A DNA stretch of 64,000 bases from Eledone cirrhosa (lineage: Eukaryota), in contig OZ024742.1 of NCBI GenBank assembly GCA_964016885.1, forward strand, positions 208,692,001-208,756,000, written 5' to 3'. Both the position numbers and the translations under genes were made by a program. The notes beneath the pieces are model-generated. The model saw only the letters and a program-made list of their open reading frames with translations. It had not been told where the DNA came from and made no database searches. Below, piece by piece: positions 47,697 through 59,480 of the stretch (position 1 is its first letter; each line of letters opens with the position of its first letter).

Positions 47697-50383
47697 GTTA
47701 AAACTTAGACGCGAATAAAAACAGAGTGGCAATACAAATAAGAGTTTATTAGGTTCACGCTTTTAAGAGTGGGGGGAACGACGTTTCCGGCATAAGCCCA
47801 TCATCAGGAGAAAGGTGGGTAGGCAGAGATTTCCGAGGGTGTGTGGGGAAGTGGTGGAAAGACATTTAGATAAATGGGGAGGAGAGAAAAGGGAGGAAAA
47901 ACGATTGAAGAAGTCCAAATAAAAATAAAAATAAGCATAAAAATAAACATAAAAATAAAGAAGTGATGGAAGGGTGTGAGGCGTATAGGGTTGGTGGCGG
48001 GTGGAGTTGGGAGAGGGATCGTGGGTCAGAACGGGGAAGGCTAAATGTGGTGTTTGTGTGTGTGTGTGTAGGTGTACGTGTGTGTGCGTGTGCCTGTGTA
48101 TGTGAATGTGAAAGTTGGGGGAAGAACGAGGTTCCATGTTCAGAAAAAGTTGTGTGTAGTGTGGGTTGTAAGACGGGGTGTGCGTGCGTGTGGATGGAGA
48201 GGAGTCATATGGGTGGGAGAGGTAGGGGGTTCGTGTGGATTGCGGAGGTTGAGTGTGTATATGTGGGGATGCGCACATGTGTGTTTGTGCTTATACGTGG
48301 TGTGGATGTAGGTGGCGTGGTTCGAAGAAAAATGTGAGTGCTTGTTCGTGGGTAAGTTCCTAAGGTAGTTCTGTGGATTGTACGATAATATGTTGGAAAT
48401 TTCTCATGTTATAGAGTGGATAGCTGGAACGATGACCGGTGGTGTGGAATCCATTACTGGTGGTGGTCGAAAGTGGAGAGATGTGGGGTGCGCGCGCAAC
48501 AGGAAGTTAGTATTATTAGTTGTTAATATTATTAGCTGTGGGGTGGGGAAAGGGGGCGGGGCGGTGAAAAGGAGGAGTGTGTTAGTGATGATAGTGATGG
48601 ATGTGTGGGGGGAAAATGTGGATGGTCGAAGGCTAAAAGAATAGGGGCGATGAGTTCAGGGCGGGGGGGGGGATCTGTAGGGTGAAGATGGTGTGTTGTT
48701 AGACCGTGAGGTGGTGGGCGATGGGGGAATTCCCGCCGAGGCGAATATCCCGGAGGTGTTCAGTGAAACGGTCCGCCAGGCGACGTCCAGTCTGTCCGAC
48801 GTGGGTTGCGTTGCACTCCTAGTCCATGGACTAGGTTGGAGGAGGTGCAGCGGAAGGCGTGCCGGACAGTGAGAGAGTGGCCGTTGGGACCCTGGGAGGT
48901 GGTGATGTTGGTTATGTGGAGGCAAGTGTGGAAGCGATGCCTGGAGCAGGGAAGGGATCCGGGGGGATGAAGAAAAGCGTGGGTTGGTGGTAGGGAACCG
49001 CGGACGAGGAGGGTGCGGAGATTGCGCGCGCGTTTCAAGGCGGGGGATGGGATGGGAACATGGGGGTGGTGGAGGGGGCGGACAGGAAGCGTCGGAAGAG
49101 GCGGAGGATGGTGCGGTGTAGGGTGGAGGGTGGTAGTTGATGGGGAAGGGGAGACGGTGGGCGGGAGTGGGTTGTCGTCGGGTGAGGGCAGTGGACCGGT
49201 GGACAGCACGGGCGCGAGTGGGGGCGGTGTGGACGTGGGAGGGGGGTAACCTCTCCGGATGAAATGGCTGACTAGGGAAAGAGCCTGGGACTCAAAGTCA
49301 GCATCTCGGCTGCAGAGGCGGCGGATCTGGAGGAGTTGGGAGTAGGGAATAGAGTGTTTTGTGTGTGTAGGGTGGGAGCAGGTGACGGCGAGGTAGGAGT
49401 TGAAGTCGGTGGATTTGAAGAAGGCGGAGGTGACGAGGGAGCGGTGTGAGGGGTCGATAGCGACGGAGATGTCTAAGAAGTGGACGTGGGTGGTAGAGAT
49501 AGAGGTGATGAAGTGGAGAGACGGGGGAAGGAGCTGAAGTAGGAGAGAAAGGAGTCGAGCTGTTTGCGGGTGAGGGTCGTGGCTCCGATGCAGTCTTCGG
49601 TGTAACGACCGTACAGGTCGGGTGTGGGGCCTGTGTACCAGGCAAAGATTTGGGCCTCAACATGGCCAACGAATAGGTTGGCATAGTTTGGGCCCATTCT
49701 TGTGCCCATTGCTACCCCCGTGACCTGTTGGTAAACTCACCCGAGAAGAAGAAGCAGTTGAGGTTGAGGACCAGCTCGGCAAAGCGAAGGAGGGTGGGTG
49801 GAGGGGATGGGGAGTGGCGAAGGTCGAGGTAGTGCCGGAGGGCACGTAGGCCCTCGGCGTGAGGGATGATAGTATAGAGGGACTTTGTATCTAGGGTGAA
49901 GAGGAGTGGGGGTGGGCCGGGTGGGAAAGTGAGGATGTCGAACAGGCGAAGGGCGTCGTTGGTGTCGGAGATGTGATAAGAGATGGTCGTGATGAGGGAG
50001 CGAGGATGGACTCAAGAAAGGCGGAGAGGAGTTCGGTGGGCCAGTTACAAGCGGAGACGATGGGGCGCCCGGGGTTGTCGAGTTTGTGGAGTTTGGTGAG
50101 GAAGTAGATATTGGGGGTTCGGGGGTGCGGACGATGAAGTGGGAAGTGGTGGGAGGGAGGAGGGAGGAGGAGACAAGGTGTTGGATGGTGGAGGAAGCTT
50201 GTCGTTGGTAGAGGGTGTGTGGTCGGAGGGTAGAGGGTGGTAGAAGAGGGATTTACAGAGCTGCCTGAGGGCTTCGGCCGTGTAGAGGTCAGCGCCCCAC
50301 AACACCACGGCGCCTCCCTTGTCCGCCGGTTTCATGACGATGTCATCTCGGCTACGGAGGGAGCGGAGAGCGAGGAGTTCGCC
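47697..50383 (-). mobile_element. Neptune-like PLE, degraded, GC-rich, 5' end cut off at Helitron H3
   Basis: KPADKGGAVV, MGTRMGPNYANLFVGHVE, YGRYTEDC, PCSRHRFHTC Cys linker; HHR core CTGATGA tgggcttatgccg GAAA cgtc at 47776-47812 (-). Confidence 0.8.
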
Positions 50384-50392
50384 ATATATGTA

Positions 50393-53300
50393 TCATCATC
50401 ATCATTATCTATAAAAGGCAGATTGTTGTTGTGTGTGTTTGCATGTTCCATGTTCATAGATTTGCACAATTTTAAACCAATTCGACTCAACATCTGTAAC
50501 AATGTTGTAAATCGTTTAACTTAAGTCACCGACTGTTTATTTTCTTCCAACTCACCCTCGATTATGGAAATAATCGATAAAACTAAATACATGACGCTTT
50601 ACCCCTCTAATACTATTTGATATCCTCTCTCTACTCCCATTAAAAATCGATAAAACTACATACATGCTGCAACTTTCTCTTATATACACTTACAAACTTC
50701 CTTTAGGAACGCAGGCGAAAGAAGAGAGAAAGAAATGAAGGAGAGAGAGAGAGAGAAAAAAAAGAAGTGAGTGAAGTGAGCGAGAGAGTGAGAGACAGTG
50801 AGAGAGAACATTTGTTTTTGAGTGTGGAACGGTCAAACATTCTTTTACTTCAATGACAACGAAGATAACTTATTACATTTCATACCAAATAACAATTATT
50901 CCAAAGCAACAGATAAATTTATTCAACAACAAAAAAAATAGCGAAAAATCTTTTTTTTTTAAATCCCAACGAACGTGGAAGAAAGAAGAGAGAAACACAC
51001 AAACACACTCAAACACATGCTCAGACAGACCCAAACACACATACATAAACAAAAAAGAAACTACCAATTGTATCAGTTTATTTACTATACACAATAATAT
51101 CCTCTATGATGTCACTAAACCTGCTAGAAACAGCAGCTAACTCTCCCCCATATCACACCACTCACTACTGTCTTAAATTTAGAAAACACACATTAGACAA
51201 CCATCCCTAATAAATAGACAGGATATCAAACCGATTCGACTAAATGCCGGTAAGAATGTTGTAAATGGTCTAACTTAAGTCAACAAATATTTATTTTTTT
51301 CCAACTCACCCCCAATTACATTTTGGGTATAACATATTTAAACGTTTATTGATTGAAAACAGAAAAACATAGGGATTTTTGGTCAAACAACTTCAACTTG
51401 CAGACAGAAGCGCGCTTTCACCAAACTGTGAGTTATTTATTTGCCGTTCGTTCTCCCCTTTTTTTCCCCTACGGAACGCCTCCAGTTTTCAGCCTTATAC
51501 TTTCAAAGGCAATTTTGCTGTAGAAGTAACTTTTACCCTTTGTTTTTGACATAGAATGCCATCTAAAATGAGAAGTCGCCTCGGTCGCCATACCGCGTCA
51601 GCGGCGCCGCAGAGGGCGATTACAGCAAACGGGTCCCTCGAGGAAACTGCTTTAAGACTTTCACTGAGCGCCTTACGTTCAGCGTAATGCAGAGCTGCTG
51701 AAAGTTTCCAACAGCGCACCGCACGCCTAGCCAAGCTGGCTTCATACGACGCCTCGAGACGTGCTGCGATGTGCGATTCAGAGCGGGCGATACGTCATTA
51801 AAAAGTCACCGCTTCTACTGTTGCTTCCGGGGGGCCCGGAACAAAGGTCGACTCGCCTGGCTAGAAACGCTGTTGCTACTGCTGCTTCCAGGGCTTCAGA
51901 GGGTCCGCAAAAATGGTCGACTCGCCTGACTAGAAACGTTGCTGCTACTGCTGCTTTCAGGGCTTCAGAGGACTCAGAACAAAGGGCGACTCGACTGACT
52001 AGAAACGGTGCGGTTACTGCTGCTTCCAGGGCTTCGGAAGGTTTGGAACGGCGGACGACTCGCCTTGCTAGGAACGCTTCGGCTATGACTGCTTCCTTGG
52101 CTTCTGAAGATGCAGACGGGCGGTCCATTAGGATTGCAAGGGTGGCTTCTGCTACTGCTACGAGAGCTTCCCACGACCCACAGGAGCAACGTTCTATTTG
52201 GAGCGGAACAGTCGACGACGAGAAGCTGCCCGCGGTGTGACGAGCCCATACTGGATCCTACGGGCTTTCAAGTATGAGCCCAACGTTAACTACTCGATGC
52301 GCGCCGCCATAAATATAAGGTAAATGCGCTTCAATTGCCAATTCTGCAATGCTAAATAGTGGGCTGGGGAGCCACCTACAATGTGATGCTTAAACGGTAA
52401 GGTCAGCTTGCTCCCTCTTGGGGAACCGCCAGAGCCTTTGAAGGAACTACTTACTGGTTGTACCTCAAGGTCATCCAAATTCCTTCAACTCATCAGGAAG
52501 TACAATTGTGCGTTTCAAATGACTTCTTTCGGGGCTAACGTAGTCAGAGAAAGTGGTTTGATGCCTACTTTCAAGGTCCAGGGTCAGGTGTACCATCTTA
52601 TTGGGTCGCTCCAGCCACTTCAAAATTGCAAGCCTTCGTTCCTTCAAATTTACTTTATTTCTAACTACAGTAGGAAAGTTGATGCGCGGTTCGGCGTTAT
52701 TCCACCACCTGCAAACACTGACTCTGACACTTCTGACAGGGACGTGCTGCTCAGTCTTCAAGACATGCTTCATGAGCACAACAGTTACATTCGCAGTTTC
52801 GAATACGCTTTGGAAACAGCCCCTTCACCAAACTTTACCATTGTCATCGATGCTGACAAAAGACCTTCTGGGGAGCACGCACGCCATAATAACGCTCCTT
52901 CGTGCAATGAAGTGACCGTAGTTCTCCATGGTGAACAGCACAATAAGCGAGACATAGTTCTTCAAAGCCGTGACAGTGGTCTTCGACGTATTAATGAGTC
53001 GCATCGTTCATACGACGCCCTGCAGTATCCCCTTCTTTTTGCATACGGAGAAGACGGGTACCATTTCGGCATTCCTCAGCGCAAACCAAACGAGCCCACT
53101 GCTGTGACATCTAAAACTGTTTCATGTATGGCTTTATACTCATACCGCTTCATGACGAAGCCTAAAGATTTTAGCACCCAGCACAGGTCACGGGAACTGT
53201 TTCACCAGTTTGCAGTTGACATGGCTGCAAAGATGGAGTCGGAGAGACTGTGCTTCATAAAATTGAATCAGAAGCAGCTGCGCTCAGACTCCTACATCCA

Positions 53301-56300
53301 TTTGCGTGATGGCATCAGGAATAACACTGACCTCCGGAACATCGGCAAAATGTGCATTCTCCCCTCAACCTATACGGGGGGGGGGGGGGGGGCGGTACAT
53401 GCACGAGCGAACACGGGACGCTATGACGTTCATTCGGCATTATGGGCGCCCCGATTTATTCATCACGTTTCCGTGTAACCCCAAGTAGGTTGAGGTTACG
53501 CGAGAACTTCTCCCAGGGCAGCAGTACTGCCATCGGCATGATATTATTGCCAGGGTTTTCAGGCAGAAGCTGGCTAAGCTAATTGATCTAATCAAAAAAG
53601 AGCAGGTTTTCGGGCCTGTTAAGTGCGACATGTATACTGTTGAGTGGCAGAAGAGAGGGTTGCCACACGCGCACATTTTGGTTTGGTTGTCACCAAAATA
53701 GTTCCTACAGTTCTAGATGACGTCATCGCAGCGGAAATCTTGGACCCCGTTGTTGACCGGCAGCTGTACGACATAGTGAAGGCACACATGGTGCACGGTC
53801 CGTGCGGTCCCGGTTTTCAAGCGGTCTCCTCATGCCACAAAGACATGTGTGCACTAAACGATAGCCAAAGAGGTTCATTTAGGGGACCCCGACCGGCGGC
53901 GACGGATACACACCTTACAGACGAAGGCGGCCTGAGAACGGTGGATTCACTATGACGTTACGGGGTCATCAAGTTGATAATAGGTGGGTGGTCCAGTACT
54001 GTCCATTACTGATGAAAACTTTCAACGCTCATATAAATGTGGAGATCTGTCATTCAGTGAAGTCAATAAAGTACATATGTAAAAATGTTAACAAATGTTC
54101 TGACGCTGCCCTGTTCGGCCTTCAAAACGACAATAGCATGGACGAGGTATCGGAGTACTTGGCAGGTTGATATATCAGCAGTGGTGAAGCTTTTGGCGGA
54201 TATTCAGGTTGCCCCTTCACCAAAGGCACCCCACCATCGTACAACTAGCGGTTCATTTGTAAAGCGGCCAGCGGGCTTCCTTTACTGAATTGCTGCTCAA
54301 TTGGCGGCCAATCCCAAAGAAACAACTTTGACTGTTTTCTTTAGGCTTTGCCAACTTGACACATTTGCCAAAACACTTTTATATCCTAAGGTCCCGTCCT
54401 ACTACGTGTGGTCAAACAACACTTGGGTGCGTAGGAAGTCAGGTCAGGATGTTGAAGGACATCCTGGTGTCAAGTTTGACAGTTGTATAGGAAGAGTGTA
54501 CACTGTACCTCCCAACCAGCATGAGTGTTTTCACCTGCGCCTTCTCCTCCATGAGGTTTTTGGCCCATAAGAACTGTTGACGGTGAATTGTGTGATACTT
54601 TCCGTGAAGCCTGCTTTAGGCGTGGCCTTTTGGAGGATAATTCACAATGGGGCGCCACTATGGCAGAGGGCGTTTTGTTGAAATCTCCTAAAAGACTAAG
54701 ATCGCTTTTCGCTATTCTACTCCTATGGTGCGACTTGGGTGATCCTGCCTCTTTATGGCTTAGCTACAAAGATTACATGTCTGAAGATTTCCTGCGTCAG
54801 GCTCAGTTGCTAAACCCATCGATGGGGGTCGGGTACAGTGACCTCATTTACAACAGGGCGCTGCTTGAAACCGAAGATACTGTTCTCGATATGGGCGGTA
54901 GTGCGTTGGCGGTGTATGGCCTACCTTCAACAAACCGGGAAGGCGCAAACACTTTGTCTTCGGATTTGCTGCGTGAGACATCTTATAATGTTGGCGAGCT
55001 TGCCCAGTACATAGCGGAGAATGAGCCAAAGCTCCTTCCAGAACAGAAATTCGCTTATAACTCCGTTGTTAATTCTGTCTGGGGTAAAGCCCGGTATCCT
55101 GGACGCTCCTGGGGGGGGGGGACTTTTCTCACCAAATTAATATTAGCTGAGATTAGGCGAACAGAAGGCATTGGCTTAGCCGTGGCATCATCTGGAATTG
55201 CGGTTACTTTGTTGCTGGGCGGCAGGACAGCTCACTCCTCTTTCAAGTTTCCACTTGACTTAGCGAAGACTGAGACACCCACTTGCAACATCAGTAACAG
55301 CTCCGATCAGGCAGAAGTGTTCAGACGATGCAAGCTTATCGTTTGGGACGAATCCAGCATGGCCCACAGAGGTGCTCTTGAGGCGCTAGATAGAACTCTG
55401 AGAGACATCAAAGACTCTACGGCCCCCATGGGAGGCATAACTTTTCTTCGTTCAGGGGACTTCAGGCAAACACTTCCCGTTATTCCCAAGGGGACTAAAG
55501 CTTATGCAGTACGTGCGTGTCTCATGTCATCCGTATTGTGGCCCCTGGTGAAGACTCTGAAACTTAACTCTAACATGCGTGCTCATAAGCGAGGTGATAT
55601 CGCATCAGCAGCATTTTCTCACACCCTCCTTGCACTTGGCGAAGGCAAAACGCCCGGGGATGAAAAGGGTAATATTGCCATCGAATGAATTTGTACCGTT
55701 GTTAGTACGCCTTCTGATCTCAGGGATGCAGTGTTCCCAGATCTCCAAGCAAATTATCAGAATATGGATTGGCTTGGTCAAAGGGCTATTCTGGCCCCGA
55801 GGCATAAAACTGTTAACCATATTAATGATCAAATGCTAAAACTCATTCCTGGGAATGGCTACGTATATAAGTCTATCGATAGAACTCCTGACCCCGAGGT
55901 CGTCATCAACTATCCAATAGAGGTACTAAATTCCTTTGAGCCCACCGGAATACTCCCACACATTTTGAAACTTAAAGTTGGTGCCCCTATAATGCTCATT
56001 CGAAATTTGTTTCAGCCGAAACAATGCAATGGCACACCTTTGGTCGTTAAGTCCTTAGCTCGCAATAACAAGGTGCGGTCGGGGCAAGGTTGTGCTCATA
56101 CCGAGGATGCATCTTTTCCCATCAGGAGCAGACCTACCTTTCACATTTCGGAGGTCCCATTTCCCGGCAGGCCATGCTTCGCAATGTCAATTAACAAAGC
56201 GCAAGGGCAAAATCTGTCTGTCGTGGGAATACATTTGGGGGAGCCGTGTTTCTCTCATGGTCAGCTTTACGTTGGCTGCTCGCGTGTGGGCAGCAAGAGT

Positions 56301-57184
56301 GATGCTTTCGTGTTCGTTCCGCAAGGCAAAACAAAACAACATTGTCTACAAGGAGGTTTTATAGAATTACCTCGCTTCCTAATTTTATAACTTTTTTATT
56401 TTTTTATTTTTTGCCTTTTCGTGAGTAATTTCTAAGTAGGTTAACCTTCACTGCAGTGCACTAGACACTCCCCACCATCGGCCGAACAAAGGCTTATTCT
56501 CGCGGCGTTACAAAGCTTCATTACAAATCCGACCCTACTCAAATACCAGCTGTTGCCCCTCACCAATCCCCGTTTGGTGGGCCTCGGAGGACCGTGGACA
56601 GGTTACTATTTCACCTCCGTACGACTCTCAAAGGGTGAACAGTGATTTAATGACGGGATTTACATTTTTAGGCGGTTCCTGCAATTACTTCACACTTCAC
56701 CAACACCTGGCCTCCGCTCAGCTCTATTTCCTTCCCTCCGTTGGCACAGCACCAGGCTCATCTTCTACGTCCGACGTACATGATGCACCAACCATACAAT
56801 GACCCCTCTTCCTCTTTTTTTGTTCTCATAATTCGACAATGTTTTCAGGCACCTGTTTGCGGTTCCTTCATTCCGCGACCCTCCTCCGTTAAAACATGTC
56901 ATGTAGAACAACTCCATCGCAGCTCTGTTGTTCGGCTGGCATCGTCTACGCGCGTGTAGCGCAAGTACTGTGAAACAATAAATTTCAACACTTCTTTGCA
57001 CAGAGATAATATCCATATGCGAAACTACAATTGTCACTGCTGGCGCAGCTCCTACTTTGGAAGTCCAGGTCTGCAATTCATTCACCCAGTGCCTGGCTGA
57101 CGTAAAAGTGCTGCCATAAAATGGATGGTGCAACCTAATATTGGTAACTTACAAATCCCGAGCAACGCCGGGCTTTAATGCTAG
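50393..57184 (+). mobile_element. Helitron H3, both termini present, Rep/helicase ORF degraded
   Basis: A|TC start; 3' hairpin CCCGAGCAACGCCGGG then CTAG|T at 57181-57185; SYDALQYPLLF, EWQKRGLPHAH, GGRTAHS, DE, GDFRQTLPV, FAMSINKAQGQ, HGQLYVGCSRV. Confidence 0.92.
51556..56390 (+). pseudogene. Helitron RepHel (STPR-like repeats, HUH Rep, PIF1 helicase)
   Basis: Collinear ORF fragments with many stops and frameshifts. Confidence 0.85.
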
Positions 57185-57312
<128 letters not shown>

Positions 57313-57903
57313 CAACTGATATATTCAATTTGTTGGTAATTCAGCAAATATAAATGTTTATAACTGTTTATAACTATAAATATAAACGTTTATAACTATC
57401 CAAGGAAAATTGAACCATTAAGGTATCTTTTTCTTGTTTATGTTAAAATTTATATTACAAACTTTGTATTTTATCTGACGAAAGTGTACTAAAGATTTGG
57501 TACCCTTCAAATATATATAATAGAATAAATATGGTTTTATAAATATAGTTTCCATTTATTTAATATCATTGTATATATATATATATTGTTATACTTGGGG
57601 AGGGTCATATTGTTGTAATAATATTGCTAGATATAATAACAGAACACACTCACTGTTGGTTTTCGCTTCTACATCTTTTATAACTCCATAGATAATTTAT
57701 TTGACAATCAATGTTTATCATTGACTGACCAACGGTTAAAAAATACAGATATAAATATATATATATATAGACTAACAAAGTTCTTTCGTTGGACATCTGC
57801 AACATCATCAGTGGTACTATTATCATGCTTCCTCCTATTGTGTTGTATTGTAATGTTCACGCCATTTTTATTTCATATAAAATTAAATTAAAATGGCGTG
57901 AAC

Positions 57904-57934
<31 letters not shown>

Positions 57935-58081
57935 CACCTATAAATACATACATATACATATACATACATACACATATATATACACACATATACACACATA
58001 CATACATATATATACATACATACATATACACACAAAAGCATACATATGTATATATATATATTCTATATATGTTTACAAATG

Positions 58082-58124
<43 letters not shown>

Positions 58125-58349
58125 GGGATAACAGATTATTGTTATATGTAGTCCACTTAGGTGTAGTCCAGTTAGGGTACTCCGAGTAGTGGATGATATC
58201 AACGCTTGGCTAAGTTTGACTCAACAAGGCGTTTCTATAGTGATGCTGTGAGTATGCGGTGATTTCTATGTTGTAAACACTTGGAGTAATGATAAATCAA
58301 GAAAGAAAAGTGACACGGCTTGCTATACAAAAAAGGTTTTTAATCACAT

Positions 58350-58456
58350 TGCTGACAATTGTTTCTCTGAACTGGTAGGTCTAGAGATCGCTACCCGTTT
58401 GTTTTCGCGTCAATCGTCACCAATACATAGTTGTAACCAGTCAATTCATCAGAGCA
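58350..58456 (-). ncRNA. Type I hammerhead candidate with ~80-nt stem II domain
   Basis: tgct CTGATGA attg-actggt..accagt-tcaga GAAA caattg TC agca; palindromic stem III, GUC site. Confidence 0.55.
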
Positions 58457-58696
58457 TACATACATACACACACACACACACGCACACACATATATAACGA
58501 AGGAAGTGTCGTTAAGAACCAGGTGGACCATAACGCACCAGAGTACTCGATACTTTGGGTAGTAGATTGGGTAATAGGTAAAGGTTAAGGACCCCGACGG
58601 CAGAGCTCAATCCGTTTCAATGGTTATATCTAGACGCTGGAGTTCAGAAATAGCCGTCGAAACGGCTTGAGCCCTCCAGTCGGGGTGAACCTTTTT

Positions 58697-58724
<28 letters not shown>

Positions 58725-58733
<9 letters not shown>

Positions 58734-59466
58734 ATAAACGTGCTGCGAGGTTGGTAATGGGTTACATATGAATAAATTTAGTCCTTCATCAGTGATCTTC
58801 CAACCATCATTGGTATTTCATCGCTTTAAAGACCATATACCACCGGTTGGTGCGAGCAGCGGCTAAAAAAAGTCGTTGGGACACGTAAATAAAGGGGACA
58901 CGAGAGTGTAAACAAACAAAGATGGTAAACCAACGAAAAGTGAGGAAGAAAGAGTCAAGTCCCAAATTTCCACGAATATAAGTTCGGTGAAATCGTGAAC
59001 GAGAGAGAATAAAGATCATCAAACCTGGTTGGAATGTGAGCAAGGAAGGAATTCCGTACAGGTCTAACGGGAGGAAGAAGGAATCTAGTCTGTGAAAACG
59101 GTGAACATAACTTCTGTGAAATCGTAGACGAGAGAGAGAAAAAAAAACGAACCTGCCTGACCAAGGGTGCGAAAGAAAAGAATTACGCACAGGTCAAACG
59201 AGAAGAAGGAGGAGGAGGAGAGGTAGTAACAGAGAGTGAGTGAGTGAAGGGTGAGGAAGAGGCTAACAGAGAGAGTGACTGTTAGAGAGGGTAAATATAC
59301 AGAGAAAGAGGAAGCAGTAAGAACGAAATAGACGGGTCACAGCGGGGGAAAAAATATGTGTAAATATGAGAATAAACGTGCTGCGTGGTTGGTAATGGGT
59401 TACATATGAATAAAGTTGGTCCTTCATCAGTGATCTCCCAACCATTATTGGTATTTCATCGCTTTA
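58725..59466. mobile_element. Non-coding element with ~100-bp terminal direct repeats inserted in (TA)n
   Basis: 58726-58828 similar to 59365-59466; (TA)n on both sides. Confidence 0.7.
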
Positions 59467-59480
59467 TATATATATATATA

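Noticed and set aside
51830-52190. CRISPR-like periodic repeats
   Set aside because: Contiguous in-frame coding repeats without spacers, in a eukaryotic context
58770-58825. Type II hammerhead in the direct repeats (GAAA..CTGATGA on the minus strand)
   Set aside because: No stem I or stem II pairing and no valid NUH site
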